Assembly (NCBI GenBank): GCA_004524445.1
Contig: SDNP01000031.1
Location: 1 to 33,619, forward strand
Length of the DNA: 33,619 bases
Direction: 5' to 3'
Origin: Candidatus Thorarchaeota archaeon
GTDB lineage: Archaea > Asgardarchaeota > Thorarchaeia > Thorarchaeales > Thorarchaeaceae
Numbering within the stretch: position 1 is the first letter of the stretch; each line of letters begins with the position of its first letter. Shown here piece by piece: positions 17,849-27,567 of the stretch. A program made the position numbers and the translations under genes. The notes below the pieces were generated by a model that made no database searches, was not told the DNA's origin, and worked only from the letters and a program-made list of their open reading frames with translations.

Positions 17849-18034
17849 TTTTTATTCACCTTGTTAAACCCGTGAAGAACCTACACTTAGCAATAGTGAA
17901 GTCAATCGTAATTATAGCTTCCGGTATGGCTCCGGTGCTGAAAGGCGATAAAGGCCGCGCTAGGTTTACCCAACGAACCTTTTTTACTTGGAACAAGACA
18001 CTGCTTCTTTCAGCAAGTGAAGGAGCTCCTCAAT

Positions 18035-20698
18035 ATGGCTGATCTGACCTTTTTTACAATCCTACTTGAATTTGTTCCAGCTATTGCAATCTCTGCTATC
18101 TATCTTGTTCTATTTGGCAAGCGCAGAAACAGATTCATTGAAGCTTTCATAATCCTGATGTTCATCAAGAGCATTACGTTTTTCCTCTACGCAATAACTC
18201 GGTATCCTGTAGCTCTACCCATGATGTTCGACCCAGCGGTGGATGGTTCTACGTTTCTTGACCTTATTTGGACCGATTTCTTGTTTCACGTTTCATTTGC
18301 TGTACAGGACTACTTCACATGGATCATGTTGTCTTTTGTTGCAGTGCTTTTTGGGCAGGTGGTGTTGGCACTTAAACTGGCTTTGCAGGACCCATTAAAG
18401 ATGAGATTTTCAAATCTCATAAAGAGCATTATTGGGCGTGAACCAGAAACTGATGGTTTTTCAGGCTTTCGTGATCGTGTGAACAATATTCGATTTGAGC
18501 GAATTGAGTCGCAGCCATTAGACCCCAAAGTCGTTGATAAAGCATGGCGAGAATCATGGAAAGATTACTTGATAATCGGCCTGGCAACATTACTCCCCTC
18601 TATTGATGTATATACCGCCAATTATGCGAATCCATACTTGTATGCCGTGATAGTATTCTTGACCTGGATTTACAGGTTTGCTTATCCCGCATCAAATCGT
18701 ATCGCCAAAGGTGCAGGACTCACACTTGGCGATAGGAACATCGGTGGTGAGATGATGAGAGGTGTTCTTGGTTGGTTCTTCCGATTGAACATACTCCTGT
18801 CATTGGCAACAATCGGAATCCGGGTCATCAGTGCTATCTCTGCAGGAAATCTCGTCGGCTTATTCAGCTTCTATGTCAGTGGCCTAGCGCTTGCTTTTCC
18901 GCCAATTATTTTTGCCATTCTCCTCTTGCCTGTTTCGGAAGACTTCGCAATACTGCTTTACAGCAAAGTATTCCATGGTTTGGCTGACTTCAGGAGAAAT
19001 CTGGGCTCACTAAATATAGGTGGACTACTCAGGACTATGGGTGCCGCTGTATTGACAGCTGGTATCGTGCTAGCGGCCTATATGGGGGGCATATTTGCAG
19101 TCACAATAAACTTCGCGGTTTCACATGGACTTGGGTTGGTTTTCTTCCCTGGACAGGTTGACAGTGTTGTGGCCCATATTATGATGAATGCAGTCAATAA
19201 TATGATGCTAATATCTCCAACGATTTGGACGTTGATGATTCTAATTATCCCTCTTAGCATGCCACTATTTCTTGGAGTTCTAGGGCATTATATTCAGAAG
19301 AGGACCACAGGTGGGACAGAATGGTTTGCGGCAATATCCGGGTTTATCGTATCAGCGGTGATTTGGTGGCGATTGCCAGGAATGGATTATACCCTGGGAG
19401 CAGCTGCAACACCAGCTGAGCTCGGCGGAGCTGTTTGGTACCGGCTTCGCCCAATTGTTATACCTCCCATGGATACTGACATTATCATTCGTCTTTCATA
19501 TCAATTTGTCTTTGCACTACCACTATTCATATCGGCAACTCTGTTTGTCATGTATTATCTCAGGTTCAGGGAATCGTATCGAGAAGAAGTCGGACAACTA
19601 GCTACTCCGCTACTGAATGTGCATTCCAGAGATATTCGTGATACCGTTGTCATGTTCGCAGGTGGCATAATTGGCTCTATTCTGGGAGTCGTTTTATTGT
19701 CTGCATTCATCGATCCGGGTCAATTGCATTATCTTATTTTCAGTCTTATCAGCGAAATCGGGAATCCTGATGGGCTTGAACTCGTGTTGGCAGAGAGCGT
19801 CAGCTTGTTTGTAATTGTGGCGGAACACAATATTATCCGAACGTTGCTGATGCTGATTATCGGACCCCTCTTCTGGACTGCAGTGCTATGGCTCGTAGCA
19901 GCAAAAGAGAAGACAAAGAAACAAAAATACTCAAGCTATCTTGCTCTCCTCTTAGTTATCATGGCCGGGATTGCCTCTTACCTTTGGACAATCATGGATG
20001 TCGCAAATGGGCTGATTACTCCTGCAGTTGATTGGTTTGACCCCAATTGGCCTTGGACCTTCGCAGCACATCTGGGATACAGAGCAGCTATCATATATGG
20101 GATCATCTTTGCTGTCTATGGATTAGTTTTTGTTGCTAGTCATGTTACCAAAGGTAATGTGAATGGTTGGTGGTTCCCTCCACTTGTGTCGTTGTTTGCA
20201 TTGGAATATTTCATCTATGATGACCAATTCACGTACATTGCCTTAATTGTCCTGCCAATGATTCTGGTAGCCCTCTACAAAATAGTCTATGGTGGACGAC
20301 CCGAAGTAAAACAAGAAGACCCTCTGATAACATACATCAGATTCAGCTTAATGGCACTGGCCATTTCTGAGGTATTGTCCACTGCCCTGTGGGTTGCAGG
20401 ACTTGGCACAATCAGAATAATCACCGGGCAAAACGTTCTCTCCTATTTAATCAGCATTCTGCCCCACGGTGTAGTAGAAATCCCAGCTTTCCTGTTTGCA
20501 GCTGCTGCATCCATCCGGATTGCCAGAGATTTGGCCCCAACTATAGTGGAGGAAAACTGGTCCGAGCTGCCTGGCAAGACCAAAGATTTGCTATTTGACG
20601 GAAGAACTTGGAGAACCTATATTCTGGTGATTTTCTTCCTGCTAATAGCCGCGTTGATAGAGGAGAACGTAACGCAACTGATAATGATCTTCTTCTAG
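18035..20698 (+). CDS. Large polytopic membrane protein with C-terminal SpoIIM-like domain
   Basis: Roughly 20 hydrophobic segments; C-terminal ILPHGVVEIPAFLFAAAAS...LLIAALIE is the SpoIIM-family signature; AAGGAG RBS before ATG 18035. Confidence 0.75.
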   Translation: MADLTFFTILLEFVPAIAISAIYLVLFGKRRNRFIEAFIILMFIKSITFFLYAITRYPVALPMMFDPAVDGSTFLDLIWTDFLFHVSFAVQDYFTWIMLSFVAVLFGQVVLALKLALQDPLKMRFSNLIKSIIGREPETDGFSGFRDRVNNIRFERIESQPLDPKVVDKAWRESWKDYLIIGLATLLPSIDVYTANYANPYLYAVIVFLTWIYRFAYPASNRIAKGAGLTLGDRNIGGEMMRGVLGWFFRLNILLSLATIGIRVISAISAGNLVGLFSFYVSGLALAFPPIIFAILLLPVSEDFAILLYSKVFHGLADFRRNLGSLNIGGLLRTMGAAVLTAGIVLAAYMGGIFAVTINFAVSHGLGLVFFPGQVDSVVAHIMMNAVNNMMLISPTIWTLMILIIPLSMPLFLGVLGHYIQKRTTGGTEWFAAISGFIVSAVIWWRLPGMDYTLGAAATPAELGGAVWYRLRPIVIPPMDTDIIIRLSYQFVFALPLFISATLFVMYYLRFRESYREEVGQLATPLLNVHSRDIRDTVVMFAGGIIGSILGVVLLSAFIDPGQLHYLIFSLISEIGNPDGLELVLAESVSLFVIVAEHNIIRTLLMLIIGPLFWTAVLWLVAAKEKTKKQKYSSYLALLLVIMAGIASYLWTIMDVANGLITPAVDWFDPNWPWTFAAHLGYRAAIIYGIIFAVYGLVFVASHVTKGNVNGWWFPPLVSLFALEYFIYDDQFTYIALIVLPMILVALYKIVYGGRPEVKQEDPLITYIRFSLMALAISEVLSTALWVAGLGTIRIITGQNVLSYLISILPHGVVEIPAFLFAAAASIRIARDLAPTIVEENWSELPGKTKDLLFDGRTWRTYILVIFFLLIAALIEENVTQLIMIFF

Positions 20699-20711
20699 AC
20701 TTGAAAACCAC

Positions 20712-20751
20712 GCCAATGGTCATTATTTCCATTGGCATTCTTCTTTTTTTC
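20712..20751 (+). terminator. Hairpin plus U-tract terminator
   Basis: GCCAATGG-tcattattt-CCATTGGC perfect 8-bp stem, then ATTCTTCTTTTTTTC. Confidence 0.65.
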
Positions 20752-20966
20752 ATGCCCCATCCATATATTCCGGTCATGTATGTGTTACATATTTGATTAA
20801 ACAATCGTAAGTATATCAGACATTAGCTTATATTCTGAAAAGAATGACTTTGCATGCAAGTATAATGAAGCGCGCCTAATGTACACTTGTTTCCATTACT
20901 ATTCGTATCTTCACGCCAAGATAAAGTGATGTCAGACAAAACCTAGACGCGTAAGGAGACTTAATC

Positions 20967-23900
20967 ATGCAACTAAGAGAACACAAGCGTGCATTCATCT
21001 CAGTAGTTGCTATTGCAATTTTCTTCATTTCTACGGTTTCTGCGGGCTCGGGCTTCACCCCGTATACTCATTCAGAGGCGCCCCTGCAAAAATCGATTTC
21101 ACCTCAGGCAGCATGGCCTGATAGAGGTTACACAGACGCACAAACCGAATCTGGAACAAACGTCTGGTGGAAAGAAAGTTCCAATAGTACTAGTGAAGAA
21201 TGGACTTGGGAACACCGTAATTGGCTATTCGGACCTGAACCCACCTTTGAGATATATCATGAAAATGGGTCTTTGATCGACAAGGACGGATATGCCGAAA
21301 TCGGAGAGGATTTGAATATTGTAACTACTGTCCCGAAGAGCATCTTGACTGAGGGTGCGGAATTGGGTGCAGTAGAATTTCGTGGGTGGTTCATGTCACC
21401 TGACTGGAACTATTCAGCCAGTTTTAATCTACGATTTACAGCCAGCGGCGATGAGTGGAACCCTGTTTGGGATGGCTATTCTCATGAATACAACGCCACA
21501 GATGACTCTGGCGGCTGGGAGAGTGACCCATTCATTGACCTGAAAACCGAGCAGTGTACTAATACCTCAGACAGTCAGATGTATATCATCACATTCGTTG
21601 TTGAATTTACCAGTAACTCTCCACTTGGACTATACCAAACTGAGCTCAGTGTAATGGACACGGACTGGAACTGGATTGGCTCTTACGGCTACGCCAGTGG
21701 TTGGGAATTCCAAGGACTTGCAGTGGGCATGCCTCCAGAAGAAGCGTGGACATGGTCACAGGGAGGCTCTTATACCCTCCAAAAGCAGGACATGGAAGGA
21801 GACCCATTGTACTCCGTTAGCCGAGGCAACGACTTCAGGATGCGATTCAATGTATCCGGAGAAACTCCAGAATATGTGATGTTAAAATTCCGGATTCCTG
21901 GGTGGATTGATACCTGGGTCAATGTTACAGGATGGCACCAAGAACAGGTTACAGAGACTGGCGGCTGGGAGTATGACGAGACCCTTGATACCTATGTATG
22001 GAACCCGTCAATTGAAGTGACATACCTAGAGGAGGTCTATGGTCCCTATCAGCAACGAAAATCTATGGAAACTGGATCTTGGACTGAAGTTAATGTCAAT
22101 GTTCTTCATGAGGAATATGATGAGAACGGATATCTCGTGAATCGCTGGGTAGAGAATGAAACCCATTGGGTCGAGAAACAGTACATGTTCGTTTACAACA
22201 CATCCGGATCCTCACCCACCTTCAACACATACTTTGGCTATACCTACTGGGGCTATCGATATGATACCTATCAGCCCGACCTTCAAGAATGGAACGAGGA
22301 GATAATGGTCTTTGAGCCTGTTCCCGAAGATATGCCGATATTCTATGAACTCAATGAAACGGAATGCAATGCGATTTCCACAAAACTTGGTTTGACTGTA
22401 GATTTTGTTGGCCACTTCACTAATAAGATGCCAAAGTCCACAGAATACTCATACTTCCGCTTTGACGATGAAGTCATGGGTCCAGAGGGATGGCGTTATT
22501 ACCCAGATGTCTGGGGCGATGGCGCCCGGCAGACCTATACCGAGTATGAGATTGCAAAGCAAATCGCAATTGAAACACCCGTGACTCTAGCCAAGATTCT
22601 AAACGAAGATGGTTCCTCCCCCGATGGGTGGATGTTTGCTGTTGAGAAGGGCGAGAACTTCATGGTTCGAGGAAGACTCCAAGGAGGCGGTGATGTAGCT
22701 GCCGATATTGACGGAGCACGGTTCACTCTAGAAGCCTATGATAGTACTTGGAGCGAGGAGGAATGGCGATGGAGTCGTCTGGTGTATCAAATCACCTATG
22801 ATGAGTTTGGCATCCCAACCTTTGAAGCATTCAATCGAACAGAGAAACAGAACTATACTTATGGCAAGTACATGGATTGGGTCGAAGTTGAGATTGAAGG
22901 CTGGCACTATGTGTATAACTCGACTACCAACACGTGGGAGTGGCAATTTGGTAATTACACCGATTGGCAGTGGACCGAAGTGGAAGGATATCACTGGCAA
23001 TGGTGGTACTACAATCAAAAAACTGGTGAGTGGCAGACCAACTGGATCAAAGAGAAGAGCGATGCCACGAAGGTGGCAGCCGATTTCTGCACCACATCGG
23101 ATTATCAGAACTGGACTGATGGTGGCGATCTGTACATCTCATTCCTGGTGAATATGAGCCAGACTGTACCGGACACCAACTACTGGTGGAATTATGCCTT
23201 CCTTAACAACAGCTGGTACGAGGACTACTCAAGTGAGTATGGTCTTCACGAAGTTTATTCATGGGATCGGGACTGGGTGTATTCGTTCGAATATAATAGT
23301 GAGCGAATCTACATGGATCCATGGCAGCATGATCAGCTGGCATACTATAATGACACTCTATGTACCAATGAGGGGTCCGACTTCCTTCTAGGAGAAGAGA
23401 AACCCTACATTGAGATAGATAATGAGAGGCTTCCAATCAAAGTTGTTGAGAACTTCGATCCTTGGTCCGGATATACTTGGGAGACCATGTTCTTCTATGA
23501 CTATTGGGACCCAGAAACCGGTAAGGACTACTACTACTACGAACTTACCGACGGCACTAAGATTGCTGTGACCTATACAGATGTTTTGTATCTCTATAAT
23601 GTGACACTTGGTACTGGCCAGTCATTCCTCACTGGAAGAGAATGGGATGAGGGTTGGAGCGTAGGTGGTACTTACTACTACACTTGGATTGACACGGATG
23701 GTATCGTCCATCAAGGTACTAATTGGGACAACTATGCGGCAAACAGTCCATACGTCACTGTTCAGTTACACGAGAAGATTGAACTTGACTTCAGAGAGGA
23801 GAAGTGGTACATTCGTTATGGAGTGGACGACATCAAGTTGCTCAAGGAGCATTGGAGGTGGGATAGTCGCACTAGCAAATACTACATGACAGATATTGAC

Positions 23901-26858
23901 GGCAATCTTTACTCTCTAGACTACAATAGCACAGATGGATGGTACTACACCACTATTGGTGGTTCCTACCAGAGGATTTCCTGGCCAAGACAATACTATG
24001 AGGTGGAGTACGAAGGCTCCGAGATCATGGTGACCACTTGGAATGTTCGCCGCGCATGGTATCATGAAGATGGTGGGGCCAAACACGAGATGCCCTATTC
24101 TGGAGCCAATGCTGAATGGGTCTGGCACCTAGATAACACCGAGAGTTCTGGTGGAAAAGTCTTGACAACCAAGTCAGTTGTTTACGATGGAAATAGCTAT
24201 CCCGTATACAACACCACCGATGTGGATTTCTTTACGAATATCAATAAAACTGCTTGGCGCCTTATGGATTCCTATCAAACCTATAGCTCAGCAAATGGAA
24301 CTCCCATATGGGACCCAGACGTGATTGGATTCACCGCTAACGTAGGTACTCTGGACAATACACTTACCTTTGACTTTGTTGAGTCAATCCAGTATAACAC
24401 CTCCACTTCAGATGGATACCCAGACGATTATTTTGATGGAACTGGGAACCGATACATCACCCTGTTCAATGATACTGTCTGGAATGTGACTCACACAGAA
24501 TTGGTTGTTGTACATGAGTATGATATGTCTGGCAGCCCTCTGTACTCCTTAATGGAATGGCCATATTACTATGAGGAGGGCAACAAGTCCCTCTACTACT
24601 ATGAGGCATTGAATGGTACTTGGTGCAACTTCACCGAGTACACTGAACTGCCAACGGTCGCATCACATAATGCCGAAGTGTACTATAATGGCACCCACTG
24701 GGTACTCGGCTTCATGGGTACGGAATATATTGATCCTGGCATGGGCATGCGCATCTATACTTGGCGCGTGATGAATGCAACCTATCCTACAAACCTGTAC
24801 CTGGAGCCATACAGCAATGCCATGAGAATCTACAATTTCACTTACGAGGGAACGGAAGTCATGGCAACGGCTCATAGAGAGAATATCTATAGACAGCGAC
24901 AGCGCTGGGGTCATGAACTGAAATATGGACCTAACCCCATTGTCAGTACTGTCTACAAGAATATCTATGATCTAGTCATAGGTGTCCCTGAGTGGGGAAT
25001 GTGGGGTGTAAAGAGCTGGACTGTTGATGATGAAACAGGTGCTCTGGACCTTGATGGTGATACTGACACCACAGACGACCAGTACTATGTACTCGAATTA
25101 TACGAGTCCAAGGAGAACTTCACCCATGAGTGGGACCGGCTTGATGTCAATATCAACTGGGATCCAAATGTCACTCAATATGGCGATGAGATGAATATCC
25201 ACTCCTGGATGGGACTGGACACATTCACCTGGAGCTATGAGTGGAATCAGACCTTCTACTGGTATCATGCTGATGACATGACCCAACTTGGTACGGCCGA
25301 GATGGATGATGTTAAGGCAACTATCCTGACTGAAGAGGGCGACCCGCGTCCGGGTTACTGGGACATCTCATGGATGGCGCAGAATGTAACCTGGCAAGAT
25401 ATTATCGCGGAGGCTGAAGCTAACGGATGGGATTGGGTCACCTCGAATGAGCAATCTTGGACCTGGCTGAGCTTTGGAATCGATCAGCACTACGGTACGT
25501 CCTATGTTGATGGAGAAGTTGACCACTGGCTCCAGGTTGGATTGCACTACGAATACAGCGGCCTTATGATCTGGGAAGATGAGAACACCAATGACGTCAT
25601 GGATGTCGACCTCACCAACCCAGGAAGCGGTGAGTTATCTCATTACTTGATTCCGACCTCTGTTGGCAGTGTATCATTCGTCAAACCTGGTGAAGCCTAT
25701 GGTAACTTCAATCTAACGGACACTATGCATTTGGGTTTGGAAGATGAGGTCACTTGGGGTGTGACATTCACAGAAGTAAATGGCACCGTGTTCCCACTGA
25801 CCTTGCATGGATACTGGGGATGGTACAGTGGAGCTCAACAGACATCTGACCTTCGGACTTTCGATGAACGTCCAACGAAGGTTACAGTTGATGAGCTGTC
25901 GTTCCTCGTCCACTTCCAAGGCTACATCAATGAAACAGCTGGCGCTATGAACAATTATGCTGAGATAAAGGTCGACAACTATGTTGGCAATTGGGATGTT
26001 CATCGCATTGGTGGTCGTGATAATCTCGAGAACCGTTCACTGGCTCTGAACTACTTTGCTGACGTTCGAATGTCTGACTTTGCTTTCAAGGCCAACGGCT
26101 CCTTTGCTGACAGTGAGAGCACTGTGAGCTCGGACCGATTCGAGCTCGAAACTGCTGGCGCCAAATTTGCGGAGATGATCATGGGCGGAGTGAACTACGA
26201 CTGGTCCAAGAATACAACAGCTCCCTATGACGTACTGAGTTACACCACACCGGTCGGGACATTCCGACAGGCCTATGAGTCTGATTCGGGTCAGTCCGCC
26301 ACAGCCTGGACTTTCACGAATAGTATGTATTACGTAACCATTGGCTTTCCAGAATGGGAGGGCTACAGTGTCTATCAAGACCCAGTCTTCGTTAGCTACA
26401 CGTCGAACACAGGTACTGATATGGGTCCCGGACAGGTGCAATTCGGTGCTTTCAGCATCAGTCCAGCTGTTCCATCAGAATCTGACGCAGTCACTGTCAG
26501 TGTGGATATTTTCACTGCTGATGAAATCTATGGTGCAGACTTGGTGTATACAACTGACCAAGAGAACTGGGATTCAGTTTCAATGTGGAATTCCGGAGGC
26601 ACGACCTGGACTGGAGAGATTCCAGCCTTCCCAGATGGTACTCAGATCTGGTACAAGGTCACTGTTCACACAGAATCCGGATCCTATGAGTCCACTGTGA
26701 ACTCCTATATCGTAGGCCAGGGCGTGGTGACAACAGGACCAACATCGCCGACAGGTGGTATTTTTGAGGCATTACCCACAGAAATCCTTGTACTTTTGGG
26801 CGGGTCCGTTGTGGTCATTGCGATAATAGCTCTGCTAGTGATGCGTAGACGTCGATAG
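20967..26858 (+). CDS. Giant (1963 aa) Trp/Tyr-rich, acidic, membrane-anchored cell-surface glycoprotein
   Basis: Signal peptide (KRAFISVVAIAIFFISTVSA), many N-x-S/T sequons, DLDGDTDTTDD Ca-binding-like loop, terminal Ig-like domain, T/P/G linker, TM helix plus RRRR; AAGGAG RBS. Confidence 0.85.
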   Translation: MQLREHKRAFISVVAIAIFFISTVSAGSGFTPYTHSEAPLQKSISPQAAWPDRGYTDAQTESGTNVWWKESSNSTSEEWTWEHRNWLFGPEPTFEIYHENGSLIDKDGYAEIGEDLNIVTTVPKSILTEGAELGAVEFRGWFMSPDWNYSASFNLRFTASGDEWNPVWDGYSHEYNATDDSGGWESDPFIDLKTEQCTNTSDSQMYIITFVVEFTSNSPLGLYQTELSVMDTDWNWIGSYGYASGWEFQGLAVGMPPEEAWTWSQGGSYTLQKQDMEGDPLYSVSRGNDFRMRFNVSGETPEYVMLKFRIPGWIDTWVNVTGWHQEQVTETGGWEYDETLDTYVWNPSIEVTYLEEVYGPYQQRKSMETGSWTEVNVNVLHEEYDENGYLVNRWVENETHWVEKQYMFVYNTSGSSPTFNTYFGYTYWGYRYDTYQPDLQEWNEEIMVFEPVPEDMPIFYELNETECNAISTKLGLTVDFVGHFTNKMPKSTEYSYFRFDDEVMGPEGWRYYPDVWGDGARQTYTEYEIAKQIAIETPVTLAKILNEDGSSPDGWMFAVEKGENFMVRGRLQGGGDVAADIDGARFTLEAYDSTWSEEEWRWSRLVYQITYDEFGIPTFEAFNRTEKQNYTYGKYMDWVEVEIEGWHYVYNSTTNTWEWQFGNYTDWQWTEVEGYHWQWWYYNQKTGEWQTNWIKEKSDATKVAADFCTTSDYQNWTDGGDLYISFLVNMSQTVPDTNYWWNYAFLNNSWYEDYSSEYGLHEVYSWDRDWVYSFEYNSERIYMDPWQHDQLAYYNDTLCTNEGSDFLLGEEKPYIEIDNERLPIKVVENFDPWSGYTWETMFFYDYWDPETGKDYYYYELTDGTKIAVTYTDVLYLYNVTLGTGQSFLTGREWDEGWSVGGTYYYTWIDTDGIVHQGTNWDNYAANSPYVTVQLHEKIELDFREEKWYIRYGVDDIKLLKEHWRWDSRTSKYYMTDIDGNLYSLDYNSTDGWYYTTIGGSYQRISWPRQYYEVEYEGSEIMVTTWNVRRAWYHEDGGAKHEMPYSGANAEWVWHLDNTESSGGKVLTTKSVVYDGNSYPVYNTTDVDFFTNINKTAWRLMDSYQTYSSANGTPIWDPDVIGFTANVGTLDNTLTFDFVESIQYNTSTSDGYPDDYFDGTGNRYITLFNDTVWNVTHTELVVVHEYDMSGSPLYSLMEWPYYYEEGNKSLYYYEALNGTWCNFTEYTELPTVASHNAEVYYNGTHWVLGFMGTEYIDPGMGMRIYTWRVMNATYPTNLYLEPYSNAMRIYNFTYEGTEVMATAHRENIYRQRQRWGHELKYGPNPIVSTVYKNIYDLVIGVPEWGMWGVKSWTVDDETGALDLDGDTDTTDDQYYVLELYESKENFTHEWDRLDVNINWDPNVTQYGDEMNIHSWMGLDTFTWSYEWNQTFYWYHADDMTQLGTAEMDDVKATILTEEGDPRPGYWDISWMAQNVTWQDIIAEAEANGWDWVTSNEQSWTWLSFGIDQHYGTSYVDGEVDHWLQVGLHYEYSGLMIWEDENTNDVMDVDLTNPGSGELSHYLIPTSVGSVSFVKPGEAYGNFNLTDTMHLGLEDEVTWGVTFTEVNGTVFPLTLHGYWGWYSGAQQTSDLRTFDERPTKVTVDELSFLVHFQGYINETAGAMNNYAEIKVDNYVGNWDVHRIGGRDNLENRSLALNYFADVRMSDFAFKANGSFADSESTVSSDRFELETAGAKFAEMIMGGVNYDWSKNTTAPYDVLSYTTPVGTFRQAYESDSGQSATAWTFTNSMYYVTIGFPEWEGYSVYQDPVFVSYTSNTGTDMGPGQVQFGAFSISPAVPSESDAVTVSVDIFTADEIYGADLVYTTDQENWDSVSMWNSGGTTWTGEIPAFPDGTQIWYKVTVHTESGSYESTVNSYIVGQGVVTTGPTSPTGGIFEALPTEILVLLGGSVVVIAIIALLVMRRRR

Positions 26859-26866
26859 AAGAATAA

Positions 26867-26900
26867 GAGGGGACTTGTCCCCTCACTCTCTCCTTTTTTG
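26867..26900 (+). terminator. Hairpin plus U-tract terminator
   Basis: GAGGGGA-cttg-TCCCCTC, then ACTCTCTCCTTTTTTG, 8 bp after the stop. Confidence 0.65.
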
Positions 26901-26923
26901 CTAATTTCTGAAAGTTAGTTGGA

Positions 26924-27325
26924 TTATCCAAGAATACTATCTTTCAATTTTTCATGGAAGAACTCAATTCCAGAGAGATGTGCCTCGTATACGCTAATGA
27001 AGGCATCATATGATATCCCCTTGACGGGGACCGCATTCCGAAGTACTATGAAATCATTCTTGTTAATCCCAAAGGATATCTCGACCACTTTTGCATTTGT
27101 TCGCAGCAGTTTCTCACAAATACTACTTCTCTCATTAGATTCTAGATGAGAAATGTCCATGAGTTCAGTTGTTAGGGTAACCCAATTCTCTCCTGGAAAA
27201 ACCTCTATCTGCTTGGTTTCAGTGCGACCTTGGGGCACTAGACTGAATGTCTTCCTCCCCTGCTCTTCAAAATTGAGTTCGAGCCGCTTTAGGTACTCTT
27301 TGGCAATATACCATGTTGAGCTCAT
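26924..27325 (-). CDS. YbjN/CesT-like protein
   Basis: 133 aa; ICEKLLRTNAKVVEISFGINKND.IVL pattern; GGAGG RBS. Confidence 0.6.
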   Translation of the reverse strand: MSSTWYIAKEYLKRLELNFEEQGRKTFSLVPQGRTETKQIEVFPGENWVTLTTELMDISHLESNERSSICEKLLRTNAKVVEISFGINKNDFIVLRNAVPVKGISYDAFISVYEAHLSGIEFFHEKLKDSILG

Positions 27326-27567
27326 GGTTTAAACCTCCAGTTGTTCTGCCAATCCATGCCTACTAGTGATGACTTAGCAAATCCGTGTGAATACTGGTTC
27401 AGAATCTAGTAAAAATCTTCGCTTTTTCAAAATTATCTCTCAGGCCATCAAGAATTGGAGGCGATTTTATGCTCAAATCAAGAAGGAAGAGTTAAGGATG
27501 AGATACATATGAAGTTGGATGTTGACTGCTGACCGTAGTCACGCATGAGTATGAGGGTAGATGAGAA

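Noticed and set aside
21007-26700. Many 60-140 aa alternative-frame and antisense ORFs within the giant gene
   Set aside because: Shadows of a long biased CDS, with no RBS or recognisable domains.
27386-27512. Short ORF (..KIISQAIKNWRRFYAQIKKEELRMRYI) upstream of the scar
   Set aside because: About 40 codons with no convincing start context or family; it may be debris but cannot be supported.
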